A stretch of 64,000 bases of DNA from the human T2T-CHM13v2.0 reference genome, Homo sapiens (GCF_009914755.1 NC_060947.1); one strand, 5' to 3'. Shown: positions 19,110 to 34,800, counted from the first letter of the stretch. Notes: generated by a model not told the origin, from the letters alone. Program-made: numbers and translations.

Positions 19110-19900
19110 ATTCACTCAGCAGACATTTATCAGGCATCCACTATGGCCCAGGCCCTTATCTAGGTCCTGGGGAAACAAAGGTGAACAACACAAAAGCCCT
19201 GTCCTTTGACTTGTACATTCAAGTGAGTGGTAGCAGGTGAGGACTGGCCAGAGGGGCAGAAAATAAACAAAGAAATATATTCCATCATTCATTTTATCCA
19301 ATCAACAAATATTTAATATCAATGCAAGTAAAACCTTTAAAAATATTAATATAGGAAAATACCAATCAATCAACAAACATGTTTTGTATACCAACTACCT
19401 GCACAGATCTGTATCACGTGCTTCTTGGGAATTAGTATAACCTTAAGGAACTGCCTCTGCACTCAAGAAGCCCCTAATTTAGTTGGGGAGGTAAGAACAA
19501 CATATATGATATGTCTGCAAACAATGCAGACAATTAAGAACAAAATTTGGTAACATTAACAACAAATCTGATGACAGTTCAGAGAACAGAACATCACTAA
19601 AGTCTGGAGTAGTTAAAGGAGTTTTCAAGAAGAAAGGGGAGCTGGGCCTTAAAGAATGAGAAGGATCTAGATGAAGGCAAGAGAGGCAGATAGTATTTCT
19701 GAAAAGGGAAGCAGCATGAATAAGGGCTGGAAGATCAGACTGGGCACCTGGCGTGTGTAGGATGGTGAGCATACATGGGCTGGTTAGGATGGTAGGTTTA
19801 TACTGGGGAAGAGAAATAATGTGTGGGTGGTTTCTGAAGAACCTGGAAAGTGACCTAAGGAGTATATATTTGTTATAGAAGAAGGAGCCTCTCTCATAGA
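19110..19900 (-). mobile_element. L2 fragments (two pieces, about 19110-19270 and 19370-19900)
   Basis: cattta..aggcatccactatggcccaggccc and caacaaacatg...agttcagagaacagaacatcact...gagctgggccttaaagaatgag. Confidence 0.6.
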
Positions 19901-20478
19901 CTTGAAGCAGAGCAGAATCTTACAGGCCATAAATGTAGAATGTTAACAATGATCTGCTCCTGGAAAATTGGTTTACTTAAGGAGCCCACAGCACAGAGTC
20001 AGAGTAAAGTTCATGCACTCAACGTACTGTGGAAGAACAAAAGGTGAAGCGAAAGTAGATAAAGGTCAGAGTGTTTTTCTCTACTTCACAGGCTCCGTGA
20101 GGACAAGATAGAGAGTATTTCAAGACCGGCCAACATAAAAAGGTTGGGAAACAGAAAATTATAGCTTCTTCTTTGCATTTTGCTACCTACCCATCATTTA
20201 TCAATGACCCCAGTCATTAAGGACACATAGCAGCATTCCTATTTTCTGAACTGACTCAAATACTTTTCAATCTTTATCTCTATAATAGAAATTCCTTTAA
20301 AAATGTAGTTGAACTTTCAACTAGGATGGTTTTTTTGTTACATTTTGCTAAATAATAAGCTCATACCAGGAACTAAATTTGAACAATAAATTTTTGGGTA
20401 TAATGGCATCCTGTAAATTCCTGCTATAGGGCTTTAAGCAGCACCCCTTTCAAACCAGTGGTCTGAAAGTGTTCATGT

Positions 20479-20786
<308 letters not shown>

Positions 20787-20896
20787 TCATGGTTCTCCCA
20801 AAGTACATATTGAATTGAATCAAATTAAATTTTGGTGGCCAAGATATTCATTGATAAGATTTGGTTGAACATTCACTGTTCACCTCCCCATACCAA

Positions 20897-20932
20897 CACA
20901 CACACACACACACACATACACACACACACACA
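20897..20932. repeat. (CA)n microsatellite
   Basis: Directly visible, with one TA interruption. Confidence 0.95.
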
Positions 20933-23900
20933 TATCAAAAGCTATCACTAAATGTTTATTCATCCTTTAATTATAAACAGCTCAAGTAATTCTCTAGTCA
21001 AACATGAGGGTCACGTAAGGATAATTATTTGGCAGAGAGGTAAACTAAGGTAGCATCCATGTGATATAATGTCGTAAAGGGATTCACTACTATACCTAAT
21101 AGGCATCCTGTGAGGGCTTCCTTACCTGAGTTCATCACTGGCATTATAGCCAATAAATTCAGATTCTCAATCTCCATACTAAGTACCTTCTCCTTATCAG
21201 GAGCACTTATAAGAGAAAAAATCTCTGTGGCTGAAAATGTTGGGAGAGTCCCAAATGTACCCTGATTTCAAAGACCAATGCCAAACCCTCCAGTAGCCTT
21301 GAAGGGAGTTTTCTGGGAAAGTGAATTTTCTAGGAAAGTATACACAAGAGCTCTAACCCTTTGTGTCTCAACTTACTGTTTCTAGAAGCATTATTTCACA
21401 TTCATATCACACACGACTGAAATACATATCTACAAACCAACTGCCTAGAGTTCATTGGAAAGTTGGCTGCTTTAGTAAAAAGTTATGAGTGAAATGCTGG
21501 GAGCACAGACAGGATACAGTCTTAAGCTCTACATTTCCCAATCTTTACACAGGCCTGAGGGTATCCTTCTTTAAAAGTTTCTAAAATAAAAATTTTCATT
21601 TTTCTCTTGATATTCCAAAGTGATTTATGCTTCACTGGAAATTGTGGGCCTTTCTTTATGGAAAAATTTAGAGGAACTGCAACATAGGCTTGCTTTTAAA
21701 CATCTTTTAATTGAATGTTGGCCAAGTAGTCAATGTCCTTGTTAACACTAAAGAAAGTTGTGTAAATATAATACAGTCATTATAAAGTCATCTTCTTGGC
21801 CCAGATAGAATAGTTCTCTTCCATCTTCCAAGATCAATCTCAACAAATCTCAAAAGAAAGATTATAGAACCCCCAAAGTAGAGGGGAGCTGGAAAGGAGA
21901 TTGGTTTAATTATACCATGAGGTTGGAAAGCAACACCTTACCCACATAATCTAATACTCATCTTCAATAAAAACAATGCTATGAAATCTATCATTTTCAA
22001 CTCTGATTTGCGTCAATAAATGGGGAAGCAACTTCTGTGTCGACTTTTGCAAGGCATGCGATTTAAATCCACGTTTTGGATATCAAAAAGCGATACGGAC
22101 AATCAAGTATACATCAAATATGAAAATATTCCAAATAAAATGGGCTCATAATAGAGTTATCAAAGCCAGTGAGGGACAAAGTAACCTACTGATTACTTCA
22201 ACCTTGAACAGAGGCCCAGAAGGATTCATTTACTTGGACAAAATACCTAAAATTTTTAGTGTACACATGAAGAGCTCACGCTGTAATTTCATCTTATCTG
22301 ATATCTTGGCAATCTGTGATCAGAATGGGTAGGCAGAGTCCCAAAAGTTTAACCCAATTGTCCCGGTTCATTTAGTTTGTTTTATTGACAGCTCATATTC
22401 ATGTTGGAACTTAATTCCTGGCTATGGAGGCATTTTCACACTACTGAAAACCAGAAGGACATCTTCTGTAGCTTTAAATCCCTGGAGAAAGGCAATCGCT
22501 TGCTTCTGAGTTATAAAGATTCATTGACCTCTGTGGGCCTGTGTCTTCCATTAATTTCAACACAACTGCCGTGACACCCTTGTTCAGTTTCAGAGAACAA
22601 CATCTTCTTTGCACACATGGTTTTGTTTCAATTGCCTCTCTACTACAAGTTGTCCAAACTTTGGATTCAGCTTTTCTATCATACTCTACCTGATCCTCTC
22701 TACTTTCTAAAACCTGTTAGAATCAGATTTAGTTTACCTGTTTGTAACCATCTGACCCTCCTGGCCACAGTCTGTTGCAAGCCAAAACTCGTGAGATCTG
22801 GCACATTTCTTCTGTTAAACAAATAATTTGGTTTGTCCTCTCTTTTTCCTGTGTTTACCTCTGTGAGCCCATTTCTCCTGTTATCCTCTGGTCTGGATAA
22901 ACTGTGTCTACACAAAATATTTTCTATATTAATTTCTAATCAACTGGGATACTGGGAATTGTATTAAGTAAGAATTCTAAGAGTGAGTTTAGGATTCACA
23001 AATAACCACTAGAACACAATGAGGAAGATAAATTTGCCTTGCTGAGCATATCATATGACGCATTCTAAAGCCAATCTTTGTTATTAACTAATAGGTATTT
23101 GTATCTTCCAAGGTCAATCTATTGATTATTAAGTAATAGATATTAATAATAGTTAACATGTATGGAGCTCTTATTCTGTGCCAGACACTGTGCTAGGCAT
23201 TTTATATTCATTTTCTCATTTAATCATCCCCAATATCCTATGAGGTACATACTTTTAAAGGGCAACATTAAAATTTCATTTAAAAACCAAATCAGTCTTT
23301 CACAAATTTTAATTCTAGACTTGTTACCAAATCATTGTATTGAGTTTTTCAATATTTAAATTTCTCAGAAATCATAAGAGTCATAAACACCAATAAAAAA
23401 TCTCCAAGTTCTCATTTCCCCCACCCCAGATTCCTGAAATGACAATAAGAAAGCTTACTACTCCCTACCCATGGAAGCCAGAGCATCCTGAATTGCTTAT
23501 AATTTGGAAGGTATATGTTTTCATACATATCTGGCAAATAAGTTAGAAACTGCTTGACATAGTGGGTTTAAAATCATCATTCAAAAGAACATGTGGTCCA
23601 GAAATCTGGCAACCAGCTGGCAGAAGGGAAGCATAAAAGCCCTTGGGCACGGTAGGTCCTTGCTCTAAAAATAAAATTTTTCTACCAAAAAAATGGCTAT
23701 CCAAATCAAAGTGAAATCTCTGAACCAAGATTTGGAAATTATGAAAAAACTAGGAAGCTATAATACTACAACAAGATTGTCAGTACCTTCACAAATTCAA
23801 CTCTGTTGCTAACTTGTAAATTTACTATATCAAAATCTGGAGTGTGCAAGTCATAAAAAGAAGGCAAAATTTTTTAAAAAAAGATTTCACCACAAGAGGT

Positions 23901-25044
23901 TTTCAGGACAAGATCTGAGTAAGAGCCTACAAATAAAACAGGGATTTGAAAATAAAACTCAAGGGAAATACTGAAGTCAAACAAGCAAGCAAGTCTGTAC
24001 ATATATGTTGTTAAGTACCAACATATATGGAAAGTAAGAAGATATCTATAGATTAAGAATCATCTCAAAAATCAACTCAGCTTAAATGGCTAGGCAAAAA
24101 AGAAGGAGGTGAAAAAGGAGGAGATGGAGGAGGAGGAGTCATGGCTTAAATAGTAATTTAAAGAGGGCATTTACATTTATACTGAAGTGAAGAGAAAGTC
24201 CATCAAAGTTGATGGATTCCTATACTGTAGGTAGGAATCATGTGATGTAGGTATCATCTATGTCACTAGGTACTGAATGGCTTAAACTATTAAATCTGAC
24301 AGCCATATAATTCCATATACAGAAAGGGAACCAAAATGCCTTCATTCTATTTAAAATAACAGTATAATCCTACAAAAGATCATAAAGGTTCTCAGCAAAT
24401 ACAAACTTCTTCAACTCACACTGACATAAAACTAGGCTGAAATTCCCAGGGTCTAATATGGATGGTATTATCTATTACATGTACTACTAAACAATTGTTC
24501 CACTGAAGATACTCAAGCCTCAAACAACAAAGCAGCTTTCATATTAGTAATTACGGAAACAACACAACTCATGTTTTCAGGTTTGTCAAAAGTCAAATAA
24601 GATTCATTCAGTAAAGGGTAAGAATTTTGAGAATTCTAGAACTGGAAATAACTCTGAAAGATCAAGTCTAGCTCATTACCTTCAGGCAGGTAAATGTAGG
24701 CCTCTAAATCTTTTTTTAGGGTAGATGGCTTATATCCATTTATTCAGTGTATATCAATAGCAGTTATCCATAATTAACCTTCTATAAATTTATTCACTAA
24801 ACACACAGTAAGAACTAACTCAGGGCCACATAACTAAATGTTGAAGGTACAAACATGGATAAGCCACAGTCCCTCATGTTTACATTTTATTTTCAAAATT
24901 TCAAACAAATTTCAAAAAATGTCTTAGTGGATAAGTGATATGATTTTAGGAATCCTGATGTTATATACCCTTCATTAAAAAAAAAAAAAACTTATGTGTA
25001 GGCCCACAAGGTTACTGAAGAATAGGCCAAACCATATCATCACT

Positions 25045-25447
25045 AGGAACTGGTCCATCTTCTGTTGCTATAAAGGAATATCTGAGACTGGGTAATTTAT
25101 AAAGAAAATAAATTTATTTTGGCTCATGGTTCTGAAGGTAGGAAAGTCCAAGATTAGGCAGTCCTTCTGGCGTGGGCTTTGTGCTGCTTCAACTCATAGT
25201 GGGAAGTGGAAGAACAAGTAGACACATGCGAAAGAAAGGGGGACAAAGTGGTTGGCCCACTTTATAACAACACTCTCTCATGAGAACAAACCCAGTCTTA
25301 CTAGAACTGCATTAATCTATTTGTGAGGGTGGAATTCCCATGACATAAACACTTCTTAAAGGCCCCACTGCCTCTCAATACCATTACATTGGCAATTAAA
25401 TTTGAAGATGAGTCTTGGCAGGGACAAACCACATCCAAACCACAGCA
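25045..25447 (-). mobile_element. MST-family solo LTR (ERVL-MaLR)
   Basis: ctgagactgggtaatttataaagaaaa...ggctcatggttctg...gggacaaaccacatccaaaccacagca. Confidence 0.88.
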
Positions 25448-27029
25448 GAACCCATCTATCCCTTGACCATGTTTCTCAGGCCTCTTCCCACTATCACTTG
25501 AGCTGTAATTTTGTCTCCCCAACAAACATCCATGTGACTTTCCTAAACTTCAACTCAGCCTCCCTCTAGAGGAAGGCTTCCAAAGCCTTCATGGTTGAAA
25601 TATCTTCTTCTACCTGATACCTCCTCTTCTTCACCCTTAATCACTCCAGCATGTACTACAATATGGCTTCTATCAATCATTCTATTAAAACTCCCCTAGA
25701 GTCAATGACTGCATTCAAGTAGAACATTAATTTGAATTGAATATTACCTCTCCTAGTACAGTACTTGGCATACTAGATTCTCAATAAATACTAGTTGAGT
25801 TGAAATTTGTATAAATAATAAAGGTAGTGTGCACTATATAGTAGTTACTCATTAAAACTTCAAATTGTCAGTTGTGTAAGAGTCTCCATATTTAAAACTA
25901 TTTTTTCTTTCATTTGTTTTCCAAATATGTATTAAGTATTAGTACAAGGCAGTGGACATGGTTCCTGTTCTCATGAACTTTAATAGTCTAACAAACTATA
26001 ATTTCCATGCCACATACTTAATAAACCTGTGTATAGAAAGAAGAGTACAACATAAATTTGATTTTTAAAAATATATTTAAAGGTCTTATAGGATTATGGA
26101 ATGTGCTTCCTTAGAATGGGAGAAATCCTACTTATTCTGCGAGAGCCAGCTTTTGATTTACACCAAGTAAAAGGGATCAATGGGTACTCAAAACACTGTT
26201 CAAACAGACATCACCACCATGAACCCATTAAATTAAAGTTGTCTATTTCTGTGAACCCCTTCAGAGCAGAACCTAGCCTGGTGCCTAACACTTAATAGGC
26301 TCTCAGTCTACTTTTTATATATTTTTTTCCCTTTTGCAGGTGAGGAAACTAAGACCAGACCCAGAGAAGTGAAGAAAGTGTGTTGTTGTATACACTACAG
26401 AATAAGGTTTAGAATCACAAAGACCTGAATTTGAACCTCTGTCCAGATATTTAAACTCAGTATCTCAGTTTCCTAGCAGGAATAAGTCATATGACAGATG
26501 TGCAAATGCTTGGTGTGAGGTAGGCACTCAATAAAGCCAAGATCCCAGTTAATGACAGATATGGTAAATGGGCTGTTAGGAATTCAAAGAAAATGTTAAA
26601 AATGAGCCAATTATAGTATTTATTTGGTGTTTTAGGTTTGACTTCAGCCAAGGTGAAGCTTTAAATAAAGTGTGGGAGAGTGCAAGGGACCTAGACGGAA
26701 AAAAGTTAACAGTTGCCCAAGGGATAGAAAACAGAGCTGATGTAACAGCATCCTTAGAGACTATAGTAAAACTTACCCAGACAGTAGCAATGTCAATTAA
26801 TTAAACAGGCAAAAGTTTTATATAATCAAAATAAATAAAGGTAGAGTGCTTCAAGATGGCACAAACAGAACAAATGAAAGCAATATCTTTTCCAGATCTT
26901 TTAAGATTAATTTTTAAATAAGTTCTCATGAAAAATTGGAAACTTTAAACAACTAGGTTCTTACTTAAGAGAACAAGAGAAACAAAATTAAATGTCCTAG
27001 AATTTTTTGAAACGTGTAACAGTTATCCC

Positions 27030-27278
27030 AGCATAGCAGAGTGGTTAAGAATAGGATTCTGGAGCCAGAAGGCCTTGATCATCATTCTACTTCTTACTGA
27101 CTAATTGAAAACCCTGGGCAAGTTACCTAAATAATCTGTACTTCAGTTTCCTCATCTATAAAATGGTGGCAGTAATAGTATCTATCTCCTAGGGTTGTTT
27201 TGTAGATTGAAATTAGTTAATATTTGTAAAGGACTTAGAATACTGTCTGGCACAGAGTAAATACTAATTAAGTGCTTC
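27030..27278 (+). mobile_element. MIR (near full length)
   Basis: gtggttaagaataggattctggagccaga...gggcaagttacctaa...cagtttcctcatctataaaatgg. Confidence 0.88.
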
Positions 27279-27361
27279 TGAAATAAATCACCTGAACTTA
27301 TCTCATTCAGTGTAGAAATAGAAATCTGACAAACCTTATTCCATTACTTTATAGTGGCTCA

Positions 27362-27729
27362 ATTTTTTAAATTATTATTACTTTTTATTTCAACAACCTT
27401 TGAGGTACAAGTGGTTTTTGGTTACATGGATGAATTCTATAGTGGTGAATTCTGAGATTTTGGTGCACCCATTACCCGAGAAGTGTACCATGTGCCCAAT
27501 ATGTAGTCTTTTATCCCTCACTCTCGCCTCTCAATCTCCCACCATGAGTCCCCAAAATCCATTATATCACTCTGTATGTCTTTGCGTCCTCATAGCTTAG
27601 CTCCCACTTACAAGTAAGAACATACGGTATTTGGTTTTGCATTCTTGAGTTACTTCACTTAGAATCATGGCCTCCAGCTCCATCCAAGTTGCTTCAAAAG
27701 ACATTATTTTGTTCCTTTTTATGGCTGCA
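27362..27729 (-). mobile_element. L1PB-type 3' end, 5'-truncated
   Basis: ggtacaagtggtttttggttacatggatgaattctatagtggtgaattctgagattttggtgcaccc. Confidence 0.85.
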
Positions 27730-29345
27730 ATGACTCAATTTTTAAAAAATGATTTGTTATGTATTTGCTCTGAAGCCATCAAGGTCCTTATATAAATACT
27801 TACAAAATGATAAATTCTGGAGATGAACACGGATGAACAAGAAAAAAATAAAGACAAGTGGTTCATTTGCTTTCTGTTTTTCCAGAAAGATCTACAGGTA
27901 AAAGGTACAGAGAGATACACTTTAGCTCAACACAGTGAAGAGCCTTCTCACAGCTTGAGCTTTCCGAAAGTGTTTTGAAATGCTTTTCTGGGTGGTACAC
28001 TCCTCTTCACTGGATTTCTGTCACACTGGCTGGGAAGTTGGGCTAGAAACCCCCAAACGACCACACAAGGCTAAGATACCATGAGTCAATAACTTATTAT
28101 TATAGTATCAGAGAGGAAGTGCATTTCTAACCTGTATTCTAGGTACATAGCACTGCATTTGGCTTTTGGGTGACACAAAATGCATACAAGATAGTTTCTT
28201 CTCTCAATGAGCTTATAATCTAGTTGGGGAGATAATCTCACACCCCAAAAGTATCAGAGGCAGCATATGATTAAGTTCTGAATTTCACTTGCTTTTTTAT
28301 TTAAAAAGAATATAAAATGACAAGCTTTGCCCTCTTAGAATGCACTCTCTTATCCAATGGCAGTATTTCTTGTAGATCACAATGACTGTATCTATGTAAA
28401 CAAAAAAATAATCATTGCAAGGTTCCTATTTTCCTTTAGCATGAATGGGAATATGGTATATCTAACAAGATATCCCAAGTGCAAAGCACTACATTGATAG
28501 CAGATGATTCAGAAAATGCAAGAAATAAAAATAAAAATAATGAACCTACATATTTCTATTATACATAAGAATCTGTGCTTTTTATAGGAAGTTGAGTAGT
28601 TCAATCATGAATGCAAGCAGACCTGAAACTATGCATTCCCCCACATTTTTGCTTTAATATGAAAGCCTGAGTTACAGACTCACAATGTGGGCAGTGATGA
28701 TCTACAGGCCAACTCCCTCATTTTTCAGAGAAGACAATAGGACTATAGAGGATAAATGACACAGTCACAAAGGGTGACAGAGCCAACACAAGAGCTCAGT
28801 TCTGATAACTGGAGTTGAATATTTTGTTCTACATTTTGGAGAAAGTTTAAATCTCAATCTCTTTCCCAATCTCAATCTCTCTCTCCCTCTACCTCCCTCT
28901 CTCTCCTGTTTCTCTTTACAGTTAAACTCCCAATTTTCATGGCATGATAATACATGTGGTCAAAGAACTAAAGCAACTATGTCTCTACTTAAAAACCATT
29001 CTATTTTTTTGAATGGGAAGTTGAAATAAATGTTTTCAAAAATTCAGTAGAAATAGACTATTGGCCTCCTTTTGCAAAGCAGACTGTAAAACTGCTGGGA
29101 ATCTGCTAGAGAAGTTCACAGGTAATTTCACTATTTGATGCAAATTAGTTTTTATACCAATCCAAGCATCAAAGTCCACAAGAAAGCATAAGTTAGAATG
29201 AGTGACAAGCTGGAAGCTAGTTGGTGGAAGAGAGACCACTGCAGGACATTTTCAGAGACCAAAGAAAGACACAGCCACATGTCCACATATGTATACTATA
29301 CTGTTAGAAACCAGTGTGTGTGGAGGGGTGAGTACACCTGCACTA

Positions 29346-29384
29346 TGTGTGTGTGTGTGCATGCATGTGTGTGTGTGTGTGTGT
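29346..29384. repeat. (TG)n microsatellite, interrupted
   Basis: Directly visible. Confidence 0.9.
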
Positions 29385-29848
29385 TGTTATTTTTGGACAT
29401 AGGTGTGGAATCTTATGTCTAATGGTCAAAAAGGAGCTAAAACTACTCACACACTGTATTCAATACGTGACACAGTTCTTTCCTATATAAAATTGCTAGA
29501 GCTTAACACTTCACCTGAAACCCAACTAAACCAGACTTTAGTTATTTAGGGCACTTAGAACTAGTAGCAAAACAATTAACTAGGGCAATAGAAGAGAAAG
29601 CTATAAGCAAAGAGCCACGGGAAGTTGTCCATAAGCATAGGGCCCAGAGCTTTTTAATAAACAAAAAAATTTTGAATAACGTAAAGAATCAAGTTCTCCT
29701 TTAAAGAAAAACTAAAGAAAGCACATGAGGTGATTTAAAACATTTAAAGTTTGGTGAAAGAAAAGTACTCATAATTACGCACTCTCATTTATTTAAAAAT
29801 GCATACCAATCTGACTATACTTGGAAGCTGATTGAATATTTATATTGA

Positions 29849-30152
29849 GGCGGGGCGCCGTGGCTCATGCCTGTAATCTCAGCACTTTGGGAGGCTGAGG
29901 TGGGTGGATCACCTGAGGTCAGGAGTTCAAGACCAGCCTGACCAACATGGTGAAACCCCGTCTCTACTAAAAATACAAAAATTAGTTGGGCATGGTGGCT
30001 CACGCCTGTAGTCCCAGCTACTCCGGAGGCTGAGGCAGGAGAATCGCTTGAACCCGGGCGGGGCAGAGCTTGCAGTGAGCCGAGATCACACCACTGCACT
30101 CCAGCCTGGGTGACAGAGCGAAACTCCGTCTCAAAAAACAAACAAACAAAAG
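29849..30152 (+). mobile_element. AluS (Sx/Sq-like)
   Basis: Full dimer. TSD gaatattta(t/c)attga at 29834-29848 and 30153-30167. Confidence 0.97.
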
Positions 30153-30276
30153 GAATATTTACATTGACCATTTTAATCATTAATTTTCATTAAAAAATCG
30201 AATTCAGTTGTGTACTATAAACCTATTCTCATTGTTATCCACACACGGCAAGCCCAGATGGTTACAACTTATAACC

Positions 30277-30309
30277 ACGCACCACCTAGTGGCAGATAAC
30301 AGAATTGCA
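30277..30309 (-). promoter_or_regulatory. CTCF binding site (core plus upstream motif)
   Basis: Minus strand reads TGCAATTCT-GTTAT-CTGCCACTAGGTGGTGC: a strong CTCF core plus an upstream-motif match at a 5-nt spacer. Confidence 0.8.
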
Positions 30310-31427
30310 AGCATAGTGGCTAGTTAAAAATAAGGAGTTTCGCACACAATTTTAAAAAAAAGTATCCCATAAAATGTTAAGAAATTACTAAAACCACGCC
30401 TTTTCAATGACTGCTTTTTCTCATTCTGTGGTATTTAAGATATACAGATTATTAGAACTCAATCAATTGCATAGCAATTCCTATCACTGTGTAAGATTTA
30501 GAAATAAATAAATTTCTCATTTATAATCTATCAAACAAACATGATCTGTATATGTGCCAAAGTTAAAAAAGGTTAAGCCATCACTGTCCCTAAAAAATTT
30601 GTCTGCAATTTTTAAGGGGTTAGGGGAGAATAATGTGGCATGAGATTATGAACATAAAAAATGGATGTATGAGAAAAATAGATTTTCTTCCTCTGTTTTA
30701 TGAAAAGATAAAGCACAATATTGTTGGAAATCAGTAGAAATGTGAAATAGATTCATTTAATGAAAATACGGAATTAATTTTTTAATCATGGTTACTAAAA
30801 ACCACTTTTGATAGAAACCATTTCAAAATACAAGTCCTTGTTTTTGTCTTGGTAAACAGCATATCGTAAACGGAATTAAAACTTTCTCTCATTACTAAAG
30901 AACGTGGTTATACTTTTCTTAACACTGAATCCTTGGTAAATTCAAATTTTTCCTAATAATCAAATACAAATAAAACTTCTGTCGACTGTGGGTTTCAGAC
31001 AGTTGGGTTCTACTTAATTAATATTTCAATGCACCTGAGAAAATGTATCAGTAGCCCTCAGTGAAAAGAAATAATATGATCATACAATGTAAATAAATAT
31101 GATGCTAAGTTAAAATCAAGAATATCTTCTCCTCACAATTGCAAAGGTTGATAAAATAACAGTAAAGAATGAAGGGGCTCTTGGTTTTCACATCTAGGTG
31201 GGAACTCAGAAGTGAAACTTAAAACACCAAAAAAACATTAATTCCATATGCCATTTCTTTACGAGCTTATTCGGGCCAATAGAAAAATCAGCAAGACCAT
31301 TAGTGGTAAGTGGAATGGTGCTGTATCAACTAAAGATGTAACCACACAAAAGTCTTATTGTATTGACTATCCAAATACATTTTATATGCTAAGGAGAGGT
31401 AAGAAGAGCTTGTTTTAAAAACCATCT

Positions 31428-31821
<394 letters not shown>

Positions 31822-34800
31822 CTAATATACAGGCTATCAAAAAGCTTACCTCTGGTAAATTACTGTGTGTGTGCATATTTGAACATAGAAAACTCTAGGG
31901 CACATCTTGTAAGCTGTAAGCTACTATGTATTTATTTTGTTATGGTAGTGGTAATACTTTTAAATAAATTGGAATATTTGTTGCTCATTACACTATGAAT
32001 GGTACAAAGCTAAACTTAACTTTAAAAGCTATGATTCTGGAAACAATACATGTGGTTGTTGGCACACACAAGTAACATTTATATCTGTATAATATTATCT
32101 TCTCTGTATTATAGCACAGGGTATTGTGAGCATTCACATTCACACAGCACTTGAAAATCCTCATATGATAAGCAAAGTATTATTGATATTTTTTAAAAGT
32201 TACACTGGTAAATCGAACCTTAAAAAGTTAGTGTTCTTCATCTTCGTTCTTCTTTTAGTCCACATTTCTATTTTTAAATAATGCACAAGTATTTTGAAGC
32301 ATATATGATATTGATGACAGAAAAATAATTTTCCCTCCAAATACAAATGCATATTTATAAAAAAGTAAAAGGTGTACATGTAAACATTCAATGGTGACAC
32401 CAGTTCATTTTAGACATTTCCTGAACAGGCTCCCTTAGACTGTTATCAGTGAGATATCTAATAATTCTTCAATCATATTTCTTTGAAAAAAGAGACTAAG
32501 AAGATTAATATTATGTGTTCTTTTACCTCACAAACAAACTCTATGAGTTTGGAAGTATTTTCACTGAGAGCAGATACTTATTTATGATGCTGACTCTGGT
32601 CCCAAAATAATTTTCTCACTGTGATAATTTCTATGACAAATAATTTTGATTAATATTGCAAGCCCATCATATACTACAAAAGTCCCTAAGTTCACATACA
32701 GTTCTTATTACAGCATTTCATTTATTGGAAAAATGTCAGGCAAGGAGATCCATAAGAATAAAATTTCAAAAAACAAAACCCTTATAAATTGATATTTGTC
32801 TCTTTTAATCAATCTTTGGAAATATTTCTGAAGTGATTTGTAAAACGTTGTTCCCCCTTAGACATAAGACAGTGAAAAAAGTAATGCTTTTTCTGATAAT
32901 TCTAGGTTATCATTAGAAAGAAACTTCAGTAATGCCTTGAAGGATATATTGGGCACTTTGTTAAACGGCCCCAAATGCCTGTGTTTTTGGTGTCTTCATT
33001 TCCACTTTTTACAGTTTGTCTATCTTCTTCCTCACTGGCAGCTATTTATTGGCCATGACTTCACTATGCCTCTGCCTCTATTAATTCCCCCACAAACACA
33101 CTGATTAAATTTCTGTGGTTTGCAAAGTCACATTCAATCAAATAAAGTGTAGCAAACAATTGCTTTGTGTAAGGTATTGAATCAAGAGTCTTTAAGATTT
33201 GGGTCTTAAAATATAAATGACATGGGCTCTTGAGTGATCTTAGAGAGGGCCTTGGGAGGTTCCCTATGAGTATGTTTTAAATGCTTAAGGGCCTGGCCTT
33301 CATGAGATCTACAGTGTCTGTTAGAAGCTGAGGTCTGGAAGTAGTATGCCATTTCTTTATGGGATACAGCTCTTCTCTCAGAAGTCTAGCTGATGTTTAG
33401 GAAGCAATCTGGGAAAAACTGTTCAGCAAAAGGCTGTGAATGTCACAGAGCACCAATGGCCTGGTCGGTGAGGCAGGGGGCTGACCTCATAGTAAACCAT
33501 GAGCCAGGAATGACACTCAAAATGTTAAACAATTCTTATAGCATGGTCACAGGCAAATCAATACTGATGGTGTTCTGCCAAGTGTTGCCATATTTGTTGC
33601 TGAATCATGGGGGGTTGTCAGGGAGTGAGCATTGGAAAGGGTACTATAGGCAGTATCTATTTACTAACCAGTAAGGAAGTATTTCAATAAATATTCAATA
33701 CTATTCAATACTATATGGCCATACACATGCATACTATCAGACTACTACCACACATTCAAATCCCTTGACATTATATGCACAAAATGAAGCGATATACAAG
33801 AGCTTAGTTGGACTTGAGTCAATGAGCAAGAGGGAGGATTAGATTTTCCAGGAAGCCAACTAGGAGAAAGCATAGTTTGCATGCCTAGAGAGAGACACAG
33901 CCCTCCTTAAGTCTAAAACACGACTAAAAGGCACGCCAATAATTAAGAAATACAAGGAAACTGGTTATTGCTGTTTCTGTTTATTTATCTTAGTAAAAGC
34001 TCTGGAGAATTAGTCACTGAACACATTAAAATTTCTAGAGATAATTACAGCAGGTTATAAAGACTATTTGTTGGTAAGTTTGTAAACCCAACTTAACTGC
34101 TTGTGCATTTTATTTAAGGGAAGTTCTGATTAAAAATTAATAATGATAATACACATAAGAACTATCATTAACTCATTTTCTTATTGGTGCTGAGGAAACT
34201 TTCTTGTGGATACAACAGTCATATGTTTACATTTAACAGCAATATATTTACATTTAATGGCAAAGATAAAATTGTGATCTAAGTACAATGAGACATTGTT
34301 AACAACTTGGTCCCAAAAGGTTAAAAGTGAAAAGTGAATCTCCTGTAAACCCCAGACTAAGTCGCACATAGTATAGCATCTTGTCCCAACAGGCTTCTGT
34401 TTTTCTGTGCCAAACTAGCTCCATCGCTCTTTTAGGCCATTTTCAATGTTTATACTTCTGCTTAATCTTGAAAATGACTATATATCATCACTGTACTGGA
34501 AATAATAAATATGAAGCAATATTGAAAGATGAAAGGTTATTAGTAACCTGCATCTGCACTAAGGCAAAAGCAATAATCTCAATGTTAATTTGTTATTATT
34601 CTAAATTACTTTGTATGTGTCAATTTTTGACCAAGCAGAACTCCCAAACACTGCCAAAAACATTTATCAGCAAGACAGACTGCAAGTCACCACTGAATTG
34701 TGGTCCCTAGACAGCATACTGGCCAATGATGCTACTGGCTGACTAAAATAAAATGCCCTTGTAAATCACAAGACTCGCAAACAGAATGGCATCAATGCAG

